Positions 51,376 to 64,000 of a DNA stretch of 64,000 nt are shown one piece after another. This stretch comes from Eledone cirrhosa. Taxonomy: Eukaryota. How positions within the stretch are numbered: position 1 is the first letter of the stretch; each line of letters begins with the position of its first letter. The position numbers and the translations under genes are program-made. The DNA lies in the NCBI GenBank assembly GCA_964016885.1, contig OZ024747.1, positions 15,314,001 to 15,378,000 on the forward strand. Direction: 5' to 3'. The notes beneath the pieces were generated by a model. That model ran no database searches. It saw only the letters and a list, made by a program, of their open reading frames with translations, and was not told the DNA's origin.

Positions 51376-53460
51376 CTTTATACAAACACACACAGACGCA
51401 CGAATACACACACATACATACATAGGTATTTCCCTTACATATTCTCACTGTATGTGTATATGTACTGCCTCACATAACCACGGGCATCTAATTAGTATGC
51501 ATGAGTATGCTATGAACACTGATGTGTGACTTATGTATTCAAGTAAATAAAATGGAAATAGCGAAAATAATGGAATGGGGCACGTGTTAGGTGTGAGGAA
51601 TTGGGAACAATTCGATATTAATCGGAAGAAATCAATGTAAATATGCCGAAATTAGTGAAGAAGAAAAGGGGTGTATTGTACTTCTATAAGACGATTTTTT
51701 CGTCTTTAGAATGACGGTGATCCAGAAAGGAAGCGGCACACCGGTTATCGCTCGATTTGCTAAAAGTAATAGCCTAAGATTTATCAAATTACTCTCTACT
51801 ATCGTTAAAGTAGAACGACACCGAACTATGTGCCTTTCAATGCACAATGCCCTTAAAATGCTCCCAAATAATAGCAGGCCAGCTATATGAATTTAATCGT
51901 GGGTTATCTCTGTCAGGGTTGATCTGGTGCAAAACTACATTAACATATATTTCCACGTGAAGTCGATGCTGGTCTCAGAGTATGTTACAAATAGAAGTTA
52001 AATATCTCTTAAACTACACATTACCATATTTAAAGGCGAGGGAAACTTAGATAATGTATAATTTGATAGAGTATGTTTGAAGAAAGGGAGATAATTAGGT
52101 TTGGAATGCCATTGATCCGGAGTCCTCTCGCTTAGATTTGGGGCTAATTATATACCAAATTTATTTATTTAGTTTTTGAGAACATCTTTACCAAGAACTC
52201 TGTTTAATATAAATGAGTTTTGCTACAGAGTCTATGTTTGAATGAATTTAGAGAGTTTACGGATCCAAAATATTACTATGTGAAACCCAGGAGATGTGCG
52301 CAAAGTTGAAACCGCTATCTAACACCTGTCTCAAACATTCACCAAATATTACTCCTAAATCAAATCTGGCTATATCTCTAAAGGATACATTGAGTAATTT
52401 ATTCACGTCTACACCAGTCCGAAAAATATAAATTGTCGAGGAAGCATTTTCTTTCATCACATGCTAGCTCATGTTTGGTTTGAATTAAATATTTGCAACA
52501 TACCTCGGACGTTTTTTGCATATTACATTCAAACACATTATCGTCTAACATTTGTATTGTAGTTAATGAAAAAAATCTTCGATGAACTCAGACTACCCAA
52601 GGAATTAATAGACGAAAACTATTTATAATTGTTTAAAATAAAAAGATTGAGGGAAATAACACCAAGAAGAACAGTCGACCGAAATATTTGGACAATATAA
52701 TCTTCATAGAATTGTATGGGATTAGTCTCCTTTAAAGCCAACTTGTCAAAGTAACGAACATGTTTGGGAGTTATTAAATCTCCCCAGCATAAGTTAATAG
52801 AACATATTAGAGGCGTACATTGTCTACACGCCGATTAGTATACCCATTTCTATGACCTTGTTGTTGTAGTTGTTTTTCTAGTTGCAATTTCCCTGATTTA
52901 ACTTAATTGAATAAAACTATAATCATATTCTTTCTGGCTAAGTCCTTCCAATCGTAAAGTGTATACTACCTCCTAACGCCATGAAAATAAGAATAGTTAT
53001 TATTAATCTTGTTCTTTTTTTGTTGCTTTTCTCGTTATTTATTGTAATTTCATCCGTGACGAATTAAGCCAATGATTAAAAGCACCCTAGCCTTTACCAA
53101 ACCCTGTTTTTTTTCTCAAACACTTTATATGTAGAAGTAGGCTGTATGTTGTCAGAATCATTAGGATGTCGGATATGAAGGGATGCGATATTTGTACCGG
53201 TTCTTCCTGCATTTTTAGCTCAAATTCTGCAAAGTCATCTTTTCATTTGATCCTTTCAGGTACTATAAACGTTGGACCAGTCTAGAACTATAGTTAGTTC
53301 TATTATTTGTTTCATTCTTTCTAGACACAGAGTAAGGAGAAGTTTTGTGACAATTAATGTATTCTAACACTGACTAGATCTGAGATAATTAAGAATATAA
53401 TGCTGACGATATTGACACCATTTCTTAATTGACAATTGTCTTATTGTACCATTAATTAAT

Positions 53461-53858
53461 AGGGCAGTGGATTGGCAGTATCGGTAGAGGGACGGACGCC
53501 ATGCTTTTCAACAAAGAGTTACGGCCCCTTATGGTCTGATTTCAAATCCCGTCGAGGTTAACTTTGCGTTTCATCCTTACGCGGTCGATAAAATAAAGTA
53601 CCAGTAATACACTGAGATAATTGCTGGCCTTGTGCCAAAAGTAGAAACAATTATTATCCCATTAATTATACGGTGGATTGACAGTATCGGTAGAGGGTCG
53701 GACGCCATGCTTTGACGTATAGAGTTACGGCCCTTGCCATTCTGAGTTCAAATCCCGCCGAGGTTAACTTTGTCTTTCATCCTTACGGGGTCGATAAAAT
53801 AAAGTACCAGTAATACACTGGTTAATTGCTGGCCTTGTGCCAAAAGTAGAAACAATTA
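53461..53858 (+). mobile_element. Two head-to-tail SINE copies (53461-53655, 53672-53858)
   Basis: Two consensus matches; CCATTAATTA precedes both heads. Confidence 0.92.
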
Positions 53859-55061
53859 TCACTAGAAGAAATTGTCAGTAGACTAACCTGGAGAAGTATG
53901 TCCACCACTAAGTTATAACATGCTAACGGTATGCCACATGACACGGCAGTGTCCTTACAATTGCACTAGAGATTAAAAGTGGAATGCGAAGTGATATCTA
54001 TGACAACGTTATCTAACATATACTTTCTCTTTTTTAAGAGGTTTTTATGAGATTTTGTGATTTGAGGTATTTTGGCAGCTTTCTCTAGCAAGTTGAATAT
54101 ACACACAGAGTTTACCACGTGATGTTATTGCTGCTACTGTTGTTGTCACCGTCGTCGTGATGTTTTTCTTTTTCTTTTTTAAATCCAGTTTTGGCTGCAG
54201 GTGGGCGAGGTTATTAAGTACTTTTGGTCAGGTGTTTCTTACAGTAATAAATAATAATAAAAAAGAAACCACGAAAATTGCAAACTAATAAAGAAAACAA
54301 TAAGGAACAAAAGGCAAATAAAAACACAAAAGAATGCCTTTATCTTTAGGGCTAGTGACCACGGGGACAAAAAGCTTAGTTATTTTTGTTGTTTTCATTG
54401 TTTATTTATTGTTGTCTTGTTTTATGTTGTTTGTTTTACTTTTTAGAAAAAAATTAATGAAATAAAAGATTTTTCACCCCCAAATCCCTCATTTACACAG
54501 GGTTTCCCATCCATGACTAGTTTGGCTTGGTTTTCACTTGTATATTTTGGTATTTGTATTTTTCTCACATTTTCTTGTTTTCTACTCCTCTCCCCTTCTA
54601 CGATGTTTACCCCTTCCCTTTCTTTCACGCCCACCAACACCACTCATCCCACCACCAGTTCATGTTTTTCTATTCTTCTATCTCACACCTCCCTTTATAC
54701 TTGCACATCCCCTAAACTTTCTCGTTTTCACAATCACAAATAGATAAAGCGAGTCAGAGATCATAGTCGGTGTGGCTCATCTTCCTAGAAATAGCAACCC
54801 AAACTGGTTCAAATCACACCATACCGATATACATAAAGAATGCTTGATATACAAACATACAGGATATTATCTCTAGAAGGTTTTAATTCATAAATCTGTA
54901 GATGGATGGAAATGAAGGTTACGCTGGGAGACTACATACCACACTTCAGTTTCCGGGTTGGGGATGTATAACGTTGAGTCCCTTCCTTCACATTCTCAGC
55001 CTCACAAATCTTAATGGACCCTTAGTTCCTAAAACACATTTCCATCACTGTATCTTTAAGT

Positions 55062-55250
55062 TAATTGTTTCTACTTTTTTGGCATAAGACCAGCAATTAT
55101 CCCAGTTCATTACTGGTGCTTTATTTCATCGACCCCGTAAGGATGAAAGGCAAAGTTAACCTCGGCGGGATTTGAACTCAGACCATAAAGGGGCGTAACT
55201 CTATGCTGCAAAGCATGGCGTCCGACCCTTTACCGATACTGCCAATCCGC
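55062..55250 (-). mobile_element. SINE copy
   Basis: Family consensus, reverse complement. Confidence 0.9.
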
Positions 55251-55594
55251 GATAATGGCTGACCAGAAGCTAAAACCCAATCAAGAGATCACTTCTTTTT
55301 TCCACTATCATACGGACCTTTCTCCATAGTTACAGAAGCCCTTCCCCTTATCATATTAAAATCTTCTGACTTAATTTTCTTCCTCATACTTTCCTATTTA
55401 CATCTTCCCAACTGTTGACCCCTCCCCACCACCACCACCACCACCACTACTATTGTCTCTAAAGCTTCACAATTTTTACCTCTTTCTCCCTTGATCCTCA
55501 TTATCACCATATCCCTCTGCGTCAGTAACATTACCATCTATCTCTCTCTCTCACCCTCACTCTCTCTCTATATCTATCTATCTCTATATCTCTA

Positions 55595-55662
<68 letters not shown>

Positions 55663-55934
55663 GGAATATAGGTGAGGAAGATGAAAGACCAAGGGAGCAC
55701 CCCTTCTCTGTGCTCCTGAGGAGAAGGGTTGCACACTTTTTTCGGGGGTGTGTGCGACCCCCCAAGGCGCCTCCTCTCTATTGAGGATTTTGTTATAAAT
55801 TTTATTTTTTGTTATATCTTATTTTATTTTTATATTTTGTTATTGCCTCCTCCTTATTGAGGACCCCTTTTTGTGTAAACTCCCCCCATTGTACTTGTCC
55901 CACTTTTGATGCCCTAGTGGCAAATAAAAGAAAC
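55663..55934 (+). mobile_element. Tx1 3'-UTR fragment (copy F) within (TATC)n
   Basis: GTGCTCCTGAGGAGAAGGGTTGCACACTTTTTTCGGGG..TGTAAACTCCCC..GCCCTAGTGGCAAATAAAAGAAAC; (TATC)n on both sides. Confidence 0.85.
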
Positions 55935-55935
55935 A

Positions 55936-56000
<65 letters not shown>

Positions 56001-56004
56001 CTAT

Positions 56005-56258
56005 CTTTCTTTGTATATAAATCTGTTGGTTGAAGAAGAGAGCGAAAAGAAGAAAGGACCGCTTGCATGCCCCCGGAGTTGAAGGTTGTTCTATCTACGC
56101 GGTATAAAACAATCGATTTGTAACGACTACCACCCTATTGGGGATTTTGATTGTTATATTTTCATGTTAAAACCTTTTTAAGACGATTGTATGTAAAATA
56201 CCCGGCATATGTCTTTGTATTGCCCCATTTCTTGTGCGCCCTTGTGGCAAATAATAAA
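56005..56258 (+). mobile_element. Tx1 3'-end fragment (copy G, D-like) within (TATC)n
   Basis: Homologous to 35318-35578; ends GCCCTTGTGGCAAATAATAAAA then TCTATATATCTATCT. Confidence 0.85.
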
Positions 56259-56506
56259 ATCTATATATCTATCTAGTGATCTACTAAATTAACTATCACT
56301 AACTAGGTCCAAGTGACCGAATAAAGAATAAACCCTTGAAGCCAGTGCCAAAACCTGGCCGCAGTCCACTAAGGTGGAAAACAAAAAATAAACAAGAAAG
56401 TAAACCCCCAAATAAATAAATGCATATATGTGCACACATATGCACCCACATGTACACATGGTTACATATATATATTTTAAATATATATATATATATATAT
56501 ATATAC

Positions 56507-56577
<71 letters not shown>

Positions 56578-56897
56578 CCCCTGTTCGATCATGGAATACC
56601 ACGACTGTGCGTGTTACGTAAGTTGGATAAATGATTTCGGATTCATAGAAACACTTTAGACGAATATCGTTTGATTTGTCCAGGTGTATCTTTTAACCTG
56701 TTAGTTCTTTCGTTACTTTGATATTGTGTGGTTGGGTTTTGCCTACCGCAATGTTCAATTTGTCAAGCTATTTAAACGTATGTTGTTACTCTAAGGACCT
56801 TCTCTTATTGAGTGCTTTTTTTGACTCATTCCTATTGTAGGTCGACTTTGCTTGCCTACAGCCAAAGCTTCGATTTTACTAAGCTTCCACGTGTGTG

Positions 56898-56950
<53 letters not shown>

Positions 56951-57745
56951 ATGTGTTTGTGTGTGCGTGCGTGTGTGTGTATGTGTGTATACACACGCAC
57001 ACACACATGTACATACATATATATATATATATCTGTAGAAAGACACCATCTTTACATATCGAATCTTTTTAACATTACACTGCAGCTTTGTTTAAATGTG
57101 ACGAGAATTTCTCCTTTGAAAAGAATCCGTGAGTAATTGGTTTGTGCCACATTTATTTTTCATTCGCCGTGAAAAAGGCATTTTTACGTTATTTTTCATA
57201 TTACCAATCCTTTTCATCGGCTTTGTTTTCTTTTGCACTCCGTTCGTGTTTATTTGGTTTTTAAGTGATCACCAATCATGTATTTCTTCTTTTCCTTTTA
57301 ATAAATCCACAAGCAAATTTTCATTTTCCTTTTATATTTCTTTATTATGCTTTCACCCTCTTTCTCACAACCTCTACATTAGAATGTTTATTTTTTCTCT
57401 CACTCTCTCAATTTCTCTCGTTCCTTGTCTCTCAATTTCTCTCGCTCCCTGTCTCTCATACTCTCTCACACACACGACCTTACCTACACACATGACTTTT
57501 ACTTAGATTCTCTCCACTTCTATTCAACTCTCTCTTTCTCTCTCTTTCTCTATATATCTCTTTCTCTCTCTCTCTCTCTCCCCTCTCTCCCTCTCTTGCA
57601 CACGCGCACACGTTCTCTCCTTTACAGGCTTTCGACGTTTATATCTTTCTTCTTTTACATTTTACGCACACACAAACAAACACATACGCACACAAGCACA
57701 GTCTACTCACACATAGACACGCACACACATATAAACGTGTGTGTC

Positions 57746-57785
<40 letters not shown>

Positions 57786-59423
57786 TGTGTGCATGTATGT
57801 TTGTGTGTGTATGTGTGTGCGTGTCCATGTTAGTTTTTCTCTATCTTTATCTCATCTCGCTATTTTCTTTTCTATTTGTAGTTGTAGATTAATGTAATAG
57901 ATTAGATCGTTAAACGAAAGCCAATCCCATGACTTCCCCACTGTAGGGTCACCACCAACAAGCACAACAACACAACAGTAATTTTCTAAATGCATTCCAC
58001 TTTTCAATCCGACACTATTGACTTTGTATGGTGTCAAGGAATGGCTTTTTATTATTTGACCACTGATTTCAATGGCCCGTACGTCCGTTAACAAACCCTA
58101 TAGTGCTGAATACAATGGACATAGATGAATACAAAGAAGACAGAAAAGGCAAATAGAAACAAAAATAAACAAAAAACCAAGCCATTTTGAATGACACGAC
58201 GAAAAGAAGAAAAGACGACGAGAATTAGAACTGAAGGGAAAGAGACAAAAAAGGCAAATAAGAAAGGAAGAAAAGAATAGATGATTTCAATGAATGCATG
58301 AATAAAAGAGTGAAAAATACATTCTATCCATTTTGTTGGCTAGTATTTCAGTTTTAATAAAGTTAAGGGAGTGTTTTTATAGCAGAAATGAAAACCGTAG
58401 AGGGTGACGCTGTTAGACATGTAGAAAAACAATCAACTGGGATAAAGCTGGCATGAATACCAATTATTTCAACGGGATTATTTATTCTATGAAAGCGGAA
58501 ACAACCCGAGCATTTGTTGTGTTTCAAACGTGGTATAAATGATGGAATCAATAGCCGATATTCTTCTTCTTCTGCGGGTTTGGTTGGGAAAGGATGGAGT
58601 TAACTGTATAGATAAGAGTTAGTGGTAAGTGCGGACGGAAGGAGTGAAGGATTATATTTATCATGGGTAGGGTGATGTTAGGATTTGATGGATTTAAGGA
58701 CAAAAGAATGTTTGGTAATATTTCTCTCATGTTCATGTCATAGGTCATTTGCGATATAAGGAACTATCTGACCACAGTGGAAATATCTGATCATAGTAGA
58801 TTCTGGACGTGAGCGCAGAAAATAAGAAAATTTGAAATAATCATTGAATTCTACTTCTTTCAACAGAAAAACAGATACACGGCTCGGTTTCAACTCCTAT
58901 TTCAAGTACATCACTCCATTTACTTCGTTAATAACTCAAGAAGGAAAAGTTTCAGTGACAGAGACAGCAACAAGCTTTGTAGTTCAGTCCAATTCACTTT
59001 GCTTGAATTCAATACCATTTGCTCTAATTGTATTTCTATACAAATAAGACAGATATGTAATTGTATCTAGGTTGTTAGTGTGTGGTTTGTAAACAACAGT
59101 GTCTTGGCCATGAACACTCCACAACTTCATTCATTGGCTACACACTACTAAACTTTCGTCTGATTCGGAATACTATATCAACTCGGCTATCTACGGTCAT
59201 CTTTCCATCTTTCTCCAAGTCTGGTCTAGTCTCTAGATGTGTATCAAGTGTCAGTATATATCTGCCCCTCTCGCTTTCTCTTTATTGTTGTCGCCTGCCG
59301 CTAACTCTCTGCCCCCCCCCCCCCGAGTCAGCAGAAAAGCCTCTACCTTATCACTTGACCTACTAGAAATAGCAAATAAATGTAATTCAAATCACAATAA
59401 AATATGGGCATATGAAATACACA

Positions 59424-59715
59424 CTGGCAGTATCGGTAGAGGGTTGGACGCCATGTTTCCAGCATAGTTACGTCCCTTTACAGTCTGAGTTCAAATCCCG
59501 CCGAGGTTAACTTTGCCTTTCATCCTTACAGGGTCGATAAAATAAAGTACCAGTAATGTACTGGGTATTTGCTGGCCTTGTGCCTAAAGTAGAAACAGTT
59601 ATTATAGATAAGCTATAAAATAATAGATAAGCTATAAAATAAAGTACCAGTAATGTACTGGGTATTTGCTGGCCTTGTGCCAAAAATAGAAACAGTTATT
59701 ATAGATAAGCTATAT
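59424..59715 (+). mobile_element. SINE copy followed by a duplicated 3' segment
   Basis: Copy at 59424-59602; ATAGATAAGCTATA occurs three times and the 3' ~60 nt recur at 59640-59700. Confidence 0.9.
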
Positions 59716-59926
59716 ATAATTGAAAAAAAAAATCAAAATAGATGTCCTCCTGGTAAAGAAAAAAACACAATTAAACATTGGGAGCTCACCTTATGGAATT
59801 CATTTGTTCGAGATGGAAAAATGTCTAATATGATTAAAATTTATATTATAAATATGTTTAATAGAGTACGGTAAATTTCTAGGTGCCATTTGCCCCCCCC
59901 CCCTTTATTTTCTTTTATTATATATA

Positions 59927-59977
59927 TTGGATCATCAAGTATGAAATTTCTAGAAATTTCATACTTGACGAGCCAAG
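59927..59977. repeat. Palindrome (perfect 34-bp core 59935-59968) between TA runs
   Basis: TCAAGTATGAAATTTCT|AGAAATTTCATACTTGA, extendable with two mismatches. Confidence 0.9.
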
Positions 59978-60058
59978 ATTTTGTCTTTAATGTAATCCCG
60001 ACATCATTTCCAGTCTTTTGCTAGTTAAGTACCATGTTATGTATTATGTACGTATCAT

Positions 60059-60150
<92 letters not shown>

Positions 60151-60186
60151 TACGTGTGTGTGTGTGGTGTGTGTGTGTGTGTGTGT

Positions 60187-60499
60187 ATGGTAAAGACACC
60201 TTCGGTCACGAATGACTATGGGGTGTGTATCTAGAAGATTCCCTTCCGAGGTCAGAAGTCAAGCCAAGGTTGTTTCTGGAAGCAGTCACCTATGTATACC
60301 AGTTTCCCTTTTCCATCCGCTGATGTTAATGTCGTGGAAGGGAGAGGCAAAGGCAGACACAGCTTGTCACCAGTGACGTCGCAATTTAGTTCTGCAACTG
60401 AATAAAGTAAAATATCTGGTTCAATTACAGAACGCATTGTCCGGTTCGGGAATCGAACTTGCAACACCATGATTGTGAATCTAACGCCACGCACCTTCA
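60187..60499 (-). mobile_element. Degenerate tRNA-derived SINE (third family)
   Basis: Minus-strand head TGAAGGTGCGTGGCG..CAAGTTCGATTCCCG (B box); related to 6255-6380. Confidence 0.65.
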
Positions 60500-61082
60500 A
60501 ACACACACAGACACATATATTATCTTGATGATGGATTCTTCCTTTGAGAATAAAGTATCAGTGTCCTGTTGCTCGATCAAGTGTATTGCGTATTCAATGA
60601 ATTCACGAATAAATAGCTGAATGTTCTTCAGACATATGTAATCTTAACGTAATTCTCAATTAGAATCAACGTAACACAATATCACAAGGTTGAATCTGTT
60701 AATAAGTACATTCCATCTGACGGCCTTTCTCAGCCTTACCTCGAGGCTATGTCAAGATACATGATTAAGATGTCGAATCCAATCACTATCATATCATATG
60801 TTGTGGCTTTGGCGAACTAAGAGTTACCTCCCATGTTAATATATCAGATTCTATGGGAATTTTATGTCTATAATTAAAAAACTTCCTGGTGATGCGATTT
60901 AAAACCATTCAGATGACGTTTTTCCCATTTGGTTTTATATACTTTGATTATAAAATGAATGTGCTCTTTTTATTTCTTTTTAAAGTTTCTTAGGCAACTG
61001 AGATTCATCACCTCATTTACTCAGACGAGAAACTATATATTCTCGCCTGTTTTCAACGTCCAGCAGTTGCAAGAGCGGAAGT

Positions 61083-61128
61083 GATCGGCCTGATGAGAAC
61101 CACTTCAGTTCGAAATATATCGACGATT
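61083..61128 (+). ncRNA. Minimal type I hammerhead ribozyme motif
   Basis: GATCGGC CTGATGA GAAC CACTTCA GTTC GAAA TAT ATC GACGATT: 4-bp stem II, AUC triplet, stem I with one mismatch. Confidence 0.75.
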
Positions 61129-61275
61129 GTTCCCCTTGCTTCTACAGGACACCGCCAGGTGGCGATACTTGCCGGTGTTTTTGTATAGCTACAGCTTTCT
61201 AAATATTTATTTAGAAATATGCCGTATTTCTTTAGAAATACGAAATTCCTATACATACACACCCACCCACACACA

Positions 61276-61394
<119 letters not shown>

Positions 61395-61663
61395 TATTTT
61401 ATTATTTACTGCTTTATTTACTCATTTGAATATGAGACATCAGGATTTGACAATCAATCTTGAACCCTTACCATTCCCGTTGTCCATGTAATATAGGTTG
61501 AAATTTGTGTTATGAGCTGTAAAATGAAGGGGTATATTTGTTTATATATTTATGCACCATAATATATTAGAAAATCTAAGGCAAATTTAATGTAGGTAGA
61601 ACTATCGTTAACATGCTTGAAAATAGAAGAAAGAATGGGATAACACTGTTATTCCTTCTATAT

Positions 61664-61666
<3 letters not shown>

Positions 61667-61746
<80 letters not shown>

Positions 61747-61761
61747 AGAGAGAGAGAGAGA
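61667..61761. repeat. (GA)n microsatellite
   Basis: Read directly. Confidence 0.97.
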
Positions 61762-63137
61762 GGAGGGGATATATATATATGTGTGTATGTGTGTGAGTGT
61801 GTGTGTGTATATATATATATATGTAAACACACACACATATAAATATGTGTGTGTGTATATACATACATATATATATATATATATATAATATATATATATA
61901 TATAGAGAGAGAGATGGGGGAGGATGATAGAGGCTGAAAGAGAGAGAGATCTACGTATCTATCTTTTGATTTAACTTTTGATCGATTTTTCGATATATTT
62001 CGTGAGGTAAATTAATGACTATATAGATAAGTATGCATATAGATATACAGACCGGGAAAGGGGTAAAGACGAGCAATGAAAATATGCAAAAGTAAAAACT
62101 CTCAAATAGAAAAGAGAAAAAAATATGTGTACATCGTATAGTTACTGATATGACGTTAAGCAGTAAATATAGCACACACATAGATAAATACACAAACACA
62201 CACATACATAAATACACACACACACCCACATATACATAAATATACACACACAAACCTACACACAAAACACACAAATGTATGCACACTCGCGCCCATTCAT
62301 CCACACAAACACACACCCATGTATACACATATTAAAACGCCATCAGCATACTTTATCTTAATTTTGTAGGTGAATACAAAGAATTGAATGGCAATCTAGT
62401 GAATAAGCTCAGAAAAAAAGTAATGAAAAAATTATAAATAAACTAAAAGTAAATATGTAGACGTGTAAATATGTAAATAAATAAAGAAAACATATATATA
62501 TATATAGAGAAAATAGTGCTGTAGTGGGTAGGAAAAGATGTTCATCCATTCGTACACTTAGCAATCAACGAAGCACAAAGGCATTCTCTAAGTCGAAACG
62601 CTGTCAAGAATCTTACATTCATAAAGTTGATGAGGTCAAACTGAGAATGACAAGTACGATTAGTTTTTTTGTTGGCGGCTATTTTCAAAACCATGACACC
62701 AATTATAAGTCATGGAACTATTCTTTTCGTTTATAAAAGCGTGTTATCGTTTATCGCGAGTCTGCCTGTGCCACTTGCTTTTTCTCATATTTCCTTCCTT
62801 CTATTTGCTGAGTTACACCGAAAAACTCAAAGTCGAACATTGACCATCTTTTGTCTTCTGTAATATTGATTTTATGTATGACTGGGCACAGATATAAACA
62901 CCCCACCCCAGCAGAAACACAGAGGAGGAATAGTAAAAAAAAGAAGAAAGGAAAAAAATAGTAGATAAACTTTGACGTTGTGACGTTCATGGCTTTATCA
63001 AAATAACTAACGACAGAAATTATCTTGTCTAAGAGAGACACAGAGATGGCTGTGGATTAGATGTCCACTTCTGGACCACGTAAGCTTGTGACTGACCCAC
63101 CAGGGGAAGTTTGCTGTGTATGTAAGAATATGTATAA

Positions 63138-63326
63138 TTGTTTCTACTTTTGGCACAAGGTCAGCAATTACACCAGTGCATCACTGGTACTTTATTTTAT
63201 CGACCCCCGTAAGGATTAAAGGCAAAGTTAACCTCGGAGGGAGTTGAACTCAGAACGTAAAGGACCATAACTCTTTGCTGCAAAGCACGTTGTCTGACGC
63301 TCTACCGATACTGCCAATCAACCGCC
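63138..63326 (-). mobile_element. SINE copy with ~10-bp TSD
   Basis: TATGTATAAT on both sides. Confidence 0.9.
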
Positions 63327-64000
63327 TATGTATAATATATATGAGATCTACGGTGAAATTTACCAGATTCTCTTTCATTTAGATATCATACACAGACAAT
63401 CAGTGCCTCGCAATATGAATACATCGGGTGGGAAAATAAAAGTAGTCAGCTGAGTGTATCGTCACAAATTTCAAAATCTCACATGCTTTTCAGTACTATG
63501 AGAACCCTAATGGCTTGAGCAAACCTACGTCTTTGTGAATAATTTAAGATAATGCAGTGGAAGCGGGTATGGTAAGATATAAATAGATCTCCTCAGCGAA
63601 GCATATCCACTTAGCAAGCGGGCTAAGGAAGGAATGTCAGCTAAAGATATAGTTGTATAAGGGAAGTAAATTATGCACTGATTATGTGTGTCAACGCAGG
63701 GAAAAGGCAAAACACAATTTACTTCAGGCAAATACTCTCCGCAGACACATTCTTCTCTAACGTTTGGAAAAATCAGACACACACACACATGCATACATGC
63801 AACCAATAACACGTACATCTGCATACATATATACACATATATAGAAGTGTATGTGTATGTATGCATTTTCTTTTAAATACTTTTGTTTTATGCGTAAAAT
63901 CTATATATAAATTGTTATATATCAACGTCAGCACCAAGTCATAAAACGTCACTGACGATGGATAAAGACCATGAAATGACAGTATTTAGCGTTCTCATAC

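Noticed and set aside
52257-52460. Short non-repetitive ORFs (also 4415-4624, 18694-18903, 44502-44916)
   Set aside because: No recognisable domain or consistent splice structure, so they cannot be supported as host exons.
63947-63985. CTGACGA TGG..CCA TGAAA hammerhead-like motif
   Set aside because: Stem III/NUH and stem I cannot be formed convincingly, and it lies at the window edge.

Overview
AT-rich, microsatellite-dense animal DNA. The repeat content resembles cephalopod (Octopus-type) genomes, which is an inference. No host protein-coding gene could be supported, and nearly everything recognisable is mobile DNA. Contents: (1) one near-full-length Tx1/L1-clade LINE (ORF1 plus APE-RT ORF2, ~35673-41525) and six 5'-truncated relatives. 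Six of the seven sit in (TATC)n; one divergent copy sits at an ATTAT site with an 18-bp TSD. (2) More than 20 copies of a ~185-bp tRNA-derived SINE with ATTAT-initiated TSDs. (3) Three RTE-like LINE fragments, two CRE-like endonuclease relics and two non-autonomous Helitrons. (4) Several minimal type I hammerhead ribozyme (HHR) motifs of the Penelope-like-element kind, mostly next to (TA)n. (5) A family of (TA)n-associated palindromic mini-elements that carry the 3' half of a hammerhead. The most interesting signals are three. The SINE and the Tx1 LINEs share a covarying 3'-terminal CUUGU stem-loop, spacer length and ATTAT target, which makes them a candidate SINE-LINE partnership. The Tx1 family appears to target (TATC)n. 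The hammerhead-centred foldback elements have arms that differ between copies but stay self-complementary. All structures were read by eye and coordinates of degenerate elements are approximate.
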